A stretch of 64,000 nt of DNA, from NCBI GenBank assembly GCA_001643675.2, contig LSRY02000046.1, forward strand, positions 372,001 to 436,000. The letters run 5' to 3'. The stretch comes from Monocercomonoides exilis PA203 (lineage: Eukaryota > Protista > Preaxostyla). The stretch's first letter is position 1. Each line of letters begins with the position of its first letter. This document shows positions 34,260 through 46,704 of the stretch, in pieces. The notes below the pieces were generated by a model that was not told the DNA's origin, did not search any database, and worked only from the letters and a program-made list of their open reading frames with translations. The position numbers were made by a program, and so were the translations under genes.

Positions 34260-37073
34260 ATGAACTTGCAAACATTTCTTTCAAATCCATACGACCTAGA
34301 TCCACGTGTAGATTTTTCTGGAAGATTGTGGGAAGGGCAACATATTGTCTCGGAGAGAATAAAGCATGCTAAACAGTTTGAAACTTTAAATATTTATTGT
34401 TAAATGAGCTATTTTCAATGATTTTCGATTAAATTTTCTTTATTAATTTCAACAGAACATACCAGCAAATTATCGTCCGATTTACGAAGAATTGGATGAG
34501 TGAAAAAGCATTTTTTGAAAATATAAAATCGAGGAAGTTCCAACCTCTGGGGGAGGAAGGGTTTGCTTTTTAAAAAAAATCGGTAAATATTTTTTAAAAT
34601 GTATTAAATTCCGTTTTGTTCTTGCGTAAATAGAACAATTGGAGATGTTTGGTCACAACAAAAAAAAGAGGTTGAAGTACTTGAGAAAGCATCTGAAGAT
34701 CTAATGAACAAATATCATAGCATGCTTGAAGCAATGAAAAAAGAAGAAAAAGATTATGAGGTCCATACTTCTGCAATTGAAAAGCAATGGCAAACAAGTA
34801 AATCTAAAAAAGCAAAAGCAATTGAGGAAATGAATAAGGTTTATTGTTTAATCGATTTTAAATTGCATTTTAAAAAATTCTGTTAGAAACATGAAAAATA
34901 TGCACAAGTGTTCAACTCTTGGGACGAAACGGAAGCATTATTTTCAAAATCACAAAAAGATCCAACTGTGAAACCTGCAAATCTGCAAAAAGTATTATTT
35001 ACGCATTTTTCAACTTGAAATTGAGAAATATTTTTTAACAAAACTTTATATGTTGATATTTTTTAAAACAATTTTCAAAATTCTAGTTAACCCAAAAAAC
35101 TTTATCATTGATGCAGCAGAAAGCTGAGGTGGAAAGTGCTTATACTGATTCCGTGAAAGCATGCCAGCAAGCTGAATACGGTTTGTGTATTTGAAAAAAT
35201 TAAATATGTTAATTTAATTTTTGTGTTATTTCCTTAAAATTGATTTTTATATTGTTTTATTCATTATTCTTTATGAATGTTTTCGATGTTGTGCTGAAAA
35301 ATCCATTTATGTGACTTCATTGTAAACACAGAATACGATCTGAAGGCGATTGAGCTTTTGAGATTGTTTGAAAAATTGGAGCACAACAGACTATTGTCAA
35401 TGAAAAACCAACTGACAGAGTTCTATCAAATTTGGGATGCTGTATGTCGTAGATGATTGTGTAAAAACAAAGAGCAAATTCTGAATTTTACTTTGAATAA
35501 AATCTTATTTTATTTTTATTTATTTTATTTTAAAAAAATTTTTTGGATTTATTTCTTAATCTTTTCATTTTTTTTCTTATTCCTTTTTTTTTTAACTTTT
35601 TTTTCTATTTTCTTCTTCTGCCTTTTTCTACCAAGTCACTTGCCATTCATCGTGAATGCGTTTCGAGATGTCTTCATGGAATGGAAGAGATGAATGTGAT
35701 CAGCGATCTGGTGAACTTTGCTGTGCACAAGGCAACACTTGCTACGCATCCACCATATGAACACGCAGTCTATCTGTCAAGAGTGTGCTGCCAATTGAGT
35801 TTTTGAAGTTCAAAAGTAATTTTTTTATATTTTTTTTTGACATTGTTTGTTTTTTAAAAATCGTGTTATTTTTATTTCAATTTATTTATTTATTTATCGC
35901 AACTTTTATTGATATTTAATTCAAATCATTAATCACTCACTCCAATTACAGAAGCACTCTGATGCTCCAATGACCCTCCCCATCGGACCACAGCCACCAG
36001 CCATTCCAATCATCTCCTCTGGCGACGGATCAACCTATGTCAGCCAGCCAGCCGCATCCTCATCAGCACCTGCTGCCTCATACGACATGAGCGCCAGCAG
36101 CGTGCCAAGCGCCTCATCGCATGTGCAGCGACTCCCTCCGCCAGCAGCGCCTGAGCCGAGAGTGCAGCAGATGGTGGTGGGGTATCTCTTTGAGGCGACC
36201 AACGAAGGAGAGCTGTCAGTGAATGAAGGCGATGTGGTGGAGCTGCTCAATGCCGGTGAGGTTTCTGAAGGCGGATGGGCACACTGCCGCAGAATCAGAC
36301 TGGGCAACGGGGCACCTGCCGGCGGGGAGATGGGATTTGTTCCGTACGATTACCTGAACAAGATTGAAGAGGCAGAAGGCTCTAATGTTGGTGCTGCAGC
36401 TGATAACAGCCAAGCAGCAGCACCAACTGCAGCAGTCGAGCAACAGCAAGAGTTCTCTGCTTCTTCTAATGTAGCTGCAACAGCTGCACCTGTTGCATCT
36501 TCTTCTGATCCAGCTGCCGCAGCGGCTGCTGCCTCAAATGCTGATGTTCCTCCAACTTTGCCTAATCCAACACAGCCTGCTGCTGAACAGTGGAGCGCTG
36601 AACAAGAGCAGGCCAACCAAGCAAGTGCATCTTCCGCAGAGACCGCTGAAGGAGCTGGAATTGTTGCGAATGTCAAAGCAAAGGTTTGTTATACAAAGAA
36701 CTGTATTAACTGAAGATGGCACATTTGAACATAATTTTTTCAATACTGCTTACTTTTTGATTTCTCGAATCTTATTTACAATATTTTTATCTTTTTCTTT
36801 ATCGCTTTAATGATCAATTTTGATGATACTTTTTGATTACTCACAAATATCATTATTCTACATATTTCAATTTTTATCTATGAATATCTATGTTTATGTC
36901 TATGATTACTGCAGGTGCTTTATGAATACACTGCCAGTTCTGAATCAGAGATCAGCATTGAAGTGGATGAGAATGTGATGATCCAGCCAGACACAGGAAC
37001 AGGATGGTGTTTGTGTGTGAAGGCGAATGGCCAGTATGGATATGTTCCAACTGACTATGTTCAGCCTATTTAG
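34260..37073 (+). CDS. F-BAR domain protein with two C-terminal SH3 domains (FCHSD/Bzz1-like architecture), about 9 exons
   Basis: FCH-like start DFSGRLWEGQHIVSERIKHAKQ, coiled-coil exons, FEKLEHNRLLSMKNQL; SH3-1 YLFEATNEGELSVNEGDVVELL..GGWAHC..GFVPYDYL; SH3-2 AKVLYEYTASSESEISIEVDENVMIQPDTGTGWCL..GQYGYVPTDYV. Confidence 0.88.
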
Positions 37074-38424
37074 AACGGAGAGGAAAGGGAAAGAGAAAGT
37101 TTGGGGAGAGGAGAGAGAGAAAAAGAGAAAGAGAAAGAGAGAAGAGAAAGAGGGAAAAGATTGAATGCAGAAGGAATGAGAAAGCGATTTGAAGGGTGTC
37201 ACATTTGCACAATTACAAATTTTTGTTAACAGTGTTGAGTCAGTTTCATTTTATGAGAATGAACATGAATGATGGAAAATCAGAAAGATTGCTATTTTTG
37301 ATGCCTTTAACATAATTGCGAATGAGAGCACGAGTATTTATGACATTTCACATTAGCTGTCAGAACAGAACAAGAATGCATTGTTCCTCTTCGAATGGAG
37401 TAAAACTGTTATAATCAATATGTAACAAATATTTGGAATTGTTATGATTGCATATGTTAAGTATTATTTGTTCGCAACTGTTTATTTTTTTTTAAATCGC
37501 TGAAAACTGAAATCGTTTTCGCTTTTTTTAACTGAATGTTTGTTTATGAATGTTTTTGTTGTGTTTTGCTGTCTTTGTTTCTCTTTCTTTTTCAACATGA
37601 ATATTTTTTTATTTTTCTTTCCCATTTATCTGCCTTCATTCATCCTGTTTCTTTGTTCAACTTCATTTTTTGATTAATGAAAGTATTTCTTTTTTAAAAG
37701 AAATGATCGTTAAAGACCATTTAGTTTTACTCAAGCTGCCTTTTTTTAACTCCAGTCGTTGTTTACAATTTGGAAACAATTACACGAGTAATTATATCCT
37801 TTTTTATCTTCACAACTTTCTCAATTTCTTATCAAAAGAACATATCACTATTCTCTTTCTCAACGCTTTTTTTCTCCACTTTCAATCAACCTTTATTTAA
37901 TAAATAATCTGTTCATTAGTGAAAAAATCCAATTTTTCATTTTGGGGTTTTGGTTTTTATCGTGAAATTGTGAAAAGCAACTGAAAAAAAAAAAAAAAAT
38001 CGGTTGAGTGATTTGAATATTCATTATTAAAATAGTAGCAATATTCTAGGCGTATAATTAATGAAAAATTTGTTCAAAAAATGAAATGAAAAATCATTTT
38101 TTTTCACAATTAATGTTACTAAGATATGTTGTGATTGCCTCGTTTATCTTCAGGAGGGCTTTCTTGTTTCTGCAGGAGGAAAATATTTATGGATACTAAT
38201 TCGTTGAATCCAATGTCGAACTGAGTTTTATCATCATTTGAGTTTGCCGTATCTTCATTTGAAAAATGTGTGCTTGTCTCTAATAAAATTTTAAGTTCAA
38301 ATAAACTTTTTTATTCTCTTTTTCTCGTCCGTTCATTTATATTCGCACACTCATCAAATCAAAAGCTGATTTATCTTCATAAACTTGCATGTTCTCAGAT
38401 GCAGTGATGCACAAGCATGTTTTC

Positions 38425-40798
38425 TCAATTTCCTGTCAATCTCTCCTTTCTTCTCTTCTGTCTGTCTGAATGCATCCTCACGCACGAAATCACAGTGAAC
38501 ACAATCAAACATACAAAAGTCACAACAAAAGCCGCAATGAAAATAGCTGCAAGCATCTGGTATGTGAGCAGTGAAACTGTTTTCATTGGTTGCCTCGTCA
38601 GAAGGCCGCATCCTTCAGTCACCCAAATGTCTCTCTCTTTCATCTCGTGTATGGCAGAGAAGTGGGATTGCATTGTCTGTTGGAAATAAAGAGGAAAAAA
38701 AAAGGTTAGTGAAAAAAATTTATTCGTCAAAATGAAATAATCAAGAAAAACAATGTTGGTATTTGGAATAAAGAAAAATTTTGGAGAATTTCAAGACGTG
38801 AAATGGAAATATGGTAGTACTCAAAATATGTCACACCTTCAAATCACATCCGTTTTTTTGAGAGCAGAAAGAAGGAATGAACTCGTGTAAATCAAACTTT
38901 CCATTCTTGTTAACATCAAAGTCGTACAGAAATTTCACTTTTGGATTCTGTTAAAAAGATAAAACGATAAAAGGAAAAAAAGGTGATGAATAATCATCAT
39001 GTTAAGAGGATGGAAAAGGTGGAACAGTTTTCACATTTCAAAGTTATTTATCACAATCATTCACGGCATTGCATGTCATACAATTTCTCTTCGTTTTCTC
39101 TTTTTTCCTTTTCATAAAAAAGATATCGATACGTTTCCCAACACACCTCAATGTCATTTTCGGTTCCATTTTCCACGTGGAACTCAACAATTAGCAATGA
39201 GCCATAGTTTGGATGCAAAATGATTTCTGATCCATTTTCAGCCTTTTCAGATGGCGGAAGACCCAAACAGCGGCCAATAGACAGGAGTGTAATGTCATGT
39301 GCAGAATAATGACGATATTTTGGGTAAATTGCTTTGGTGTGCAATTGTATGTTTAAGAAGCAATTAAACATTGCGAGATGATCATTTCACATAAACAAAA
39401 GAGTAAAGCAGATCGATTAGAAAAAAAAATAAATCGTTATAAAAATAAAATAGCAATTCAAATTGACAATAACATAAAAAGAATAAAATACCACTTTTTT
39501 TCTCCTGGTTCGTTCCATTAACTGAATCAGCTTCCACCTTTTTCACTTCCCATTTATCTCTTTCGTGCTGCTTGAAAAACATTTCTTCAATTGCATCTCC
39601 ACTAACTGCAGGACAAAATCCATCCTCTTCAACAACCATAATCTCAGAAATCACTTTTGAGTTAAAGAAAAGCATTTAAATATAAATGAAAATGGAAGTT
39701 GCATTTAACGAACAGTTCGATTGATGAGAATTATAAGTAACAAAGAAATAAAGACATAACACGAAATATTCAACAAAAAGGTGAAGATTCATACAAAAGA
39801 ATAAACAAACATTTTTTAAAGAGAAATACTGATTCATCAATCATTGAATCAGTAATTCCATCTGGAACAGGATATCTTGGATCGCTGAAATGTGCATTGA
39901 TAAATAACATAAATATTATGATAAATACATATTTGAATGGTGAAATAGCAGTGCAAATAAAACAATTGAAAGATAAAATATAACTGAGCAATTTATTTCA
40001 AACTTCATTTCTCTAAGTACTTTGATTGTATCCAAGACAGCTATTAGTTCTGGACCATTTGCTGTTGTATTTGTTAATCTCCTTAAATCATCCATTAGAG
40101 GTTTGTGATCAGCTAATAGTTTTTGAATATTCTTAATTGCTGCACTTTTTGATATTATATTAGTAACTTTCGGACTATTTTATAAATAAAAGCAAATATT
40201 CATTCTTGTTCGTAATTAACAACAAACCAAATTTCTAAGGCTTCAAGTAAAAAATCTTCCTTTTCTGATTGACAATGAATTGGAACTGGCTGTATTCCAT
40301 CAGGGAATATATACTGTCCGTTTATTTGTGGACCCGTTCGAGGTGGAAAAAATCCATAGCAGAATGACAGTATAGAATCTTTCGTTCTTCGAGAAGAAGT
40401 CGAAGTAAAATAAAAACTGTTATCCGCAAATGACTTTGGTAAGAACTTTTTGTTTTCAACATATTCAGAACGAAGCGCTACACCAAGATTTGCAAGACGT
40501 TCTTTTCCAGCTCTGAGAAGCTCTCCATCTGACGGTATGTTCTTATTACACTGGATTTTTTTCAAAAATATAATTTAAAAATGAAATAAGCAAATAAATT
40601 TGGATGCCTCAAGAGGGTATATTGGATTTCTCTCGCCTTTTATGACGAAAGTGATAAAATAAGTTTGTAATTGATATTGATGTTAACATTAATAATAACT
40701 GATTTCTTCAAACCATGCCTTGAAAAAACCCGAACAGAAAATAATTCTTCGTAGCTTACATGAATTATATACAACAACGCAAAATCAAAAAATAACAT
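38425..40798 (-). CDS. Histidine acid phosphatase (lysosomal/prostatic ACP-like), multi-exon, C-terminal TM anchor
   Basis: Signal-like start MLFFDFALLYII; RHGERNP motif formed across an intron; STSSRRTKDS; QPVPIH; YSAHDITLL; YGSLLIVEFH; C-terminal TM MLAAIFIAAFVVTFVCLIVFTVISCV. Confidence 0.88.
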
Positions 40799-41275
40799 AA
40801 AGCTTTAAAATGGAATTTTGTGAATAAATAAATATAAAAATGGGTTTGTTTAATCATTGTGTGAGTTGAAAAACAACAAGATACTTGATTTATTCTTTAT
40901 TTTGTTGCGAAAAATGATGTTTTTTTTTATTTTCGATAACGATGTTTATTTGAAATTTATAACGAGAACCTTCAACTCAATGAAAACAGCATGTATTTGG
41001 CACGTTGTTTTTCTTTCATCACCAACATTTCCTATGAAATTGTGCAATTCAACAATCAGAAATAATCACAGAAAAGAACTGCGATGTATGTAGGTTTGAA
41101 TCAAAACCTCGAAAAAATGAAGTATTCAAAAACAATCACGCAATTTTTTTCCATTTGAAAAAATAGATGCAAAATCAGTAGTGAAGAATTTTGATCTGAT
41201 ACTGGTCTAAGTTTTTTATTTCTAAGATTTATTCCACCGTACTTTATGGAATCTTTATCGTTTTTCATATATTTT

Positions 41276-41344
41276 TCTTATCTTATCTTATCTTATCTTA
41301 TCTTATCTTATCTTATCTTATCTTATCTTATCTTATCTTATCTT
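41276..41344 (+). repeat. (TCTTA)n pentanucleotide microsatellite, 13 full units
   Basis: Perfect tandem TCTTA read directly from the sequence. Confidence 0.97.
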
Positions 41345-41714
41345 TTTCTTTCTTTTTTTTTTTCAAATTTTTTATTTTTTATTTTATTTTTTCTAATTTT
41401 AAATTTTTTTAATTTATTTTTTAAGAAATTTAGATTCACAAACATGTAAAATATTATTTTACAAAAGTCTTTCTTTTTAAATTGCTACAAAAATGCTTAG
41501 CAAACAATTCATTTTTGAAAAATCAGAATCAGAAATCATTTTCTGTGCAAAAAAAAATAGAGCACGTGGAAAAAAAATCTCAAAAGTATCATGAGTTTCA
41601 TCAAATTACGTAAATGCTAAAATTATGTTGATATTCTGTTTTTCACCTTGCATCCTTTCAAATATTGCATCAATTTGATTGTAAATGTTGCATTTTAAAA
41701 TTTAACGAAGAAAA

Positions 41715-42650
41715 TCATGAAGGAAAAGAAACAACAGCAAAAACAGAATATAACAGCAAAAGAAATAATGCATAAATATAATTAGTGGTAAAAGGATTTT
41801 GCCTGATTGATGGAATAGGTTTTGCTTCAGGAAAAAGTGTTGATGAAGAAATATATTTTCTCATCCAGCTTGTGACTTTTACAATTGAGTAATCACAGTC
41901 AGTGAAGGAAGCATTAAACCTGCGTTTTATACAGTTTATATCCCAAATACCTTTTGAATTAGTGCAAATTGTGTTTAACTTAAATATGGTATCTTCAGAT
42001 TTTTTTAATATAACTTTGGTTGAAGGTGACAAATCTTTTTGCAAAACTTTTTGAATTGATGCATATGCTAAATAATAACGGTTTCTCTGTAGATTCTCTT
42101 TCAAAAGAGGATTTATTTCAACTCCATCTATTTCCAAGAGTGATAAATAATCTTCTGTTTTCATTGAAAGACTTTTGTTAAATTCTTTTATCCAAGCAGT
42201 AACTGTTTCACCGTGTTGTTTTGATATCATAAAACTGTTTTCAACATGTTTGTTTGGAGGGAAATAAGAATTGAATGACAGAAAATCAGCATCTTCCAAA
42301 ATAAATTCATTATATAGATCGTCAAGAACACTCTCTGATTTTAGAAGATATGCCAAATCCATCCATACACCACCATAGCGCTCAAGAAGAAGAAGACGAA
42401 TGAAATCTGCTCGTGCAGTTGGAGTTGATAAAAGATTCAAATCTGCAAGTGAAGACGATGAAACGTAGCTGGATAACGATTCCTGAGTTACTAATATTAC
42501 ATTCCAATTTTTCAATTGATTATTTGCCCTTTGCAAAAAATATGAAAGCTCGTCCGGAAGAGAAGGATCCCAATATTGCCAGACTATTCGTGGAGGAGCT
42601 GTTTCTGACAGCATAACAGAAATCAATATAAGTGCGCAATATCCTCTCAT
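41715..42650 (-). CDS. Glycosyltransferase, capsular polysaccharide synthesis / GT32-like, intronless
   Basis: PPRIVWQYWD, ARADFIRLLLLERYGGVWMD and VENSFMISK motifs; hydrophobic N- and C-termini. Confidence 0.85.
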   Translation of the reverse strand: MRGYCALILISVMLSETAPPRIVWQYWDPSLPDELSYFLQRANNQLKNWNVILVTQESLSSYVSSSSLADLNLLSTPTARADFIRLLLLERYGGVWMDLAYLLKSESVLDDLYNEFILEDADFLSFNSYFPPNKHVENSFMISKQHGETVTAWIKEFNKSLSMKTEDYLSLLEIDGVEINPLLKENLQRNRYYLAYASIQKVLQKDLSPSTKVILKKSEDTIFKLNTICTNSKGIWDINCIKRRFNASFTDCDYSIVKVTSWMRKYISSSTLFPEAKPIPSIRQNPFTTNYIYALFLLLLYSVFAVVSFPS

Positions 42651-42741
42651 TGAAGTCTGACTCCAATTCAATGGTTCCACAAAAAAGGGAATTTGATGAT
42701 CATATACCAAAACAAAATTATGAATCAATAATTATTGGAAA

Positions 42742-45331
42742 ATGGAGCTAACAGATGAAATTGATGGATTAAATGCGAAAGAAGAAAATGAAAAACTTCT
42801 TTCCGTAAATAAAATTTATCATTTAAGCTTGAAACAAGGGGCAACATTTCAAATTGGAAATATATCTTTTAATAATCTTTTTTCAACAATATATCAAGTT
42901 TGTTGTTCCTTTTATATTCATTAAAATAACATTTCACTATTGCAATTCATTTTTAAAGAATTTTCCGAATTGTTCTCCGAGGCTTTCCTCTATTTTAGGA
43001 TTATCTTCCATTTCAATGAAAAAGCAACTGACAAAAGAAACTGTGATCGAACTTTCAGAATTCTATCATTCATTTTGCGAAAATAACATAGAAAAGATAG
43101 ATTTGCGTTCGTTTTCATATTTTTGCCGAACGATAACACTTGTTGAATCACTTTGTCCATTCGATGAATACAACGACTTGCAGTTGCTTTCAACATTAAT
43201 TTTTATTTTGCAGAATTGGAAATCATTTATCAAAACGCATTTATGCACAATGTCTTTAACGCATTGCTTATTTTTTCTAATTTCAAAGTTATCCTCTTTC
43301 CCTGAAAGTGTAATTCCACTTCTATTTACTATGTGCCTACAAATTGCAGAAGATAGAACAAATCCAATTTCAACAAGACTGCATGCGGTGGAGTTAATGA
43401 CATATTTTATTCTTGATGACGATAATTGGCTCGAAACAATAAGTCAAATTGTTAATAATTCATTAGATTATTCGAATTGGGAAATTGTTGGCGAACAATT
43501 TCTTTTAGAAAATCGATACACAAAGACAGAAATTAGTGAAATCACTGGAGCTTTATTAAATGAAAAGATGATAATTACAATAAGATCAATTTTTGACATT
43601 GAGCTGAAAAAAGAAATGAAAAGCGAAAAGATCGAAACAACAAAGGAGATTGGAAAGGGAGTTCAGATTTCTGACTCCACAATTTCTTCAACAACTTCTC
43701 CTTCTAATTCATCTTCGTCTCCATCTTCGTCTTCGTTCTTCTCCTCCTCCTCCTCATCATCTTCTTCATCAATATCAGTTTCTTCTTCTGCTCCAGCGGT
43801 TCACTTAAACAAGAGTATCAAACAACAACATCCACCAAAGCGCACAACAGGGCATTTTCTATCTTTGAGCAATTCGTTGCAGAGATATTTGGATGTTATG
43901 GACAGTCTTTTTGAAGATTCCGATTCACAGCAAATTCATTCGTTCCAACCTCCAATTCAAACATCGTCGGCTACACCTTCTTCATCGTCACCGTCTTCGT
44001 CTTCGTCGTTATCTTCGTCTTCGTCTTCTGATCCATTTACCCCTTCATTTTCGTTTTCTTCATTTTATGTTCGAAATTATCTTATTTCAATTCTACGTTC
44101 TGTTCTGTTTGGTTCACAGCCAATACTCAAATTGCCTCTTCCTTCGGTTGCAAAGTTTAAAGGCAAGAAAAAAGTTCCTGAAACATTGTACACTTTGACG
44201 AGTTGGAAGCAAATAAACATATTCACATTTCTGTTTTGGTATTTTCTGGATGGGTTTTTGGAAGATGAAGAGATTAGCAGAAAAGAAAAAGCAAAGGAGG
44301 TCGAAGAGAATGAAAGCAAAAAAGATGAAACAAAGGAAAATTTGGATGACTTGAAAAATGAATTGATTGGAGTTGAAGAAAAAGAAGAAAAAGAAGAAAA
44401 AGCCGATGAAGAAGAAAAATTAGAGGAACAAGAAGAACAGAAAAAAGAATGTTTGAAGGATGTGACAGATGTATTAGATGCTGAAGAGAGCGAACAACAC
44501 AAAGAAGAAAAAGAAGCATCTGATGAAACATCCAACAAACAACTTCACTCAGATTCTATGCGTCCAAATATCGTTCATTTAGATGAAGCGGATCCGCTTG
44601 AGCTGGTAACTGCGCAGCAAGTCAGCAAATGTGCTCATTTCTTAGTCAATTTGATCGACAAAAGTTGTGCTTTGAAGGATTTGCTAAACATTGGGAAAAG
44701 GAGGGCGCAGGATTCTTGTGCCAGGGAAACAGAGGGCGAGGAAGCAAAAGTGTCTTATGAAGATTATTTAGCGAATCCATCAAAGGGCAGTAAATGCGAA
44801 GCCAAAAGACACTCAAAGGAGACTCAAATAGACCTCACGCCGTTGTTCTTCTCTCCTGAGATGGCACACACACGCAGGCTTTTGCCGTGCTTTGACTTGA
44901 GCGATCCGCTTTCCTCTTCTTCGGCACAAGCAGACTCCTTAAGCACCACGTTGGATGAGGCTGTTTTCTTGCAGAATGAAAGCAAGCACCGGTGGGTGCA
45001 AGAGAAGGAGCTTGCGCGAATCAAAGAAAACCGCCTGATTCAGTGGTCTGGTGTGAGGAAAGGGCCTCCTCTGAGGAAGAGCGAGCAGAAGATGAATGCT
45101 CTTGCGCTGTTTCAGATGAGAGAAGGCCATCACTCAAGAACACACACACGGATTGTGGTGGATCACAGCTCAAAAGTGTGGAAGAACAGGACTGAGACGC
45201 GCATGTCTTCGAGGAACAAAAAACAAGAAGTGGATTCAATGCTTGATTATGACGATTACCACAGTGCTGAAATTACAATCGGTAAGGCAGCGAAGGCACA
45301 TGACTTTGAAGACAATTGGAGCGACTATTAG
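42742..45331 (+). CDS. Hypothetical protein (helical N-terminus, Ser-rich and acidic inserts), probably 3 exons
   Basis: 825-codon open frame plus two short 5' exons from ATG 42742 with GT..AG introns; no recognisable domain. Confidence 0.7.
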
Positions 45332-46704
45332 AATGAAAAAGGCTGATGACACGCCAAATCAATCTGATAATAAACGATTTCTTTTGGAAATAAACAAAAC
45401 GTTTACATTTATTCTATTCGAGCTTTTTTTCTTGTAATTTGTTCTTTCAAAAAAAGTTAGGCAGCTTGTATGTAATTTTTCTGTTAAGATTCATTAGCAG
45501 ACTGAGAACTGTAATGGGAATTCAAAAAAGTTCCTTATTCAATGATTTGTTGGGATTGAAGATTTATTTTTCTATTTATCCAAATAATTCGTCTTAAACA
45601 ATGACACAATTTGCGTTCTCATCGATTGTGGTGCTGACACCAACTAGCAATAGTCATATCAAATGAATTTTCTTTCTAACTCAACTTTGATCATTTTTTT
45701 TGTAAAAGCGCTTTGTTCAATTGCTTCATTTTTCTTTCAAAACCATCATTATTTTCAAATTAACGTAAGGTATGAACGTGACCACGCCATCTACCCAAAT
45801 CATTTGATGGCTTTTAAAGCATTAACATTTGACAGTTCTCATTTTCTTGGCTATTTCAAAAACATTCACTCATCATGTGTCATTTTCACAAATCATCATC
45901 AAGAATATTTTACAACAAATTCGACAGCTTCAAAATAGTGTTTCGATTTTTCATATTCAACTCCCTTGAAAACAACAAATTGAATGTTTATCATGTTTGC
46001 CAAGCTTTCTTCAAATTTGCAATCTATTTTTCCGTTCCCTTCTTCAATTACTAAATTTATCTCTTTTCAACTTTTCTTTTCTTCCTCTTCAATTTATACA
46101 CTTTTTTTCTTTCTATCAGCCCAATCCCAATGCGCAGCTCATGATACAACTATCATTGTGGAAGATTCCACCTTGTTAACCTGTTGTCATTAAAACATGA
46201 AAAATCGCTTTTATTCAATCAAAAGTGAAGTTATCCATCTTTCTTGAAACATGCACTCTGAAACACTTCAATTATTATTCTTTTGGAAACCACTTTATAA
46301 GCTGTAAGAATTAATTCATTAAATAAAGGCATTCATTCTCAAACGAAAAAATGTTTTTCTGGTTTGTGGGAGACTGTTTTCATCCAAAACTGTGCAGACG
46401 CATTTGATATGCTCTTTGAATATAATTATTTATTTCATCATTTTCTTCACCATCCTGACTTGTGCCTTAGAAATTATTTGTTTTTGATAATTTGGAAAAA
46501 TTGAGATATAACGAATTTCACGATTAATCATATGATAATCAAATGGTCATTTATTATTTTCAATTATTGCAATTTTCTATTTGCTTTTATGAATTTGAGA
46601 CATCAAAATTTTTGATTTGAAAGCAAAACATCTTCTTAATTAAACTTTTTTTAATTTTGATTTTTGATCTGAAGCATAAATAAATTCTTTAGTCATACAA
46701 ACAT

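Noticed and set aside
41276-41344. Telomeric or CRISPR-like array
   Set aside because: Simple TCTTA microsatellite without spacers and not TTAGGG-like; intronic (TTTTCTC)n and (TCAC)n in the duplicated gene are likewise ordinary.
45500-46400. Possible degraded coding sequence upstream of the receptor gene
   Set aside because: Frames inspected contain frequent stops and no recognisable motif.
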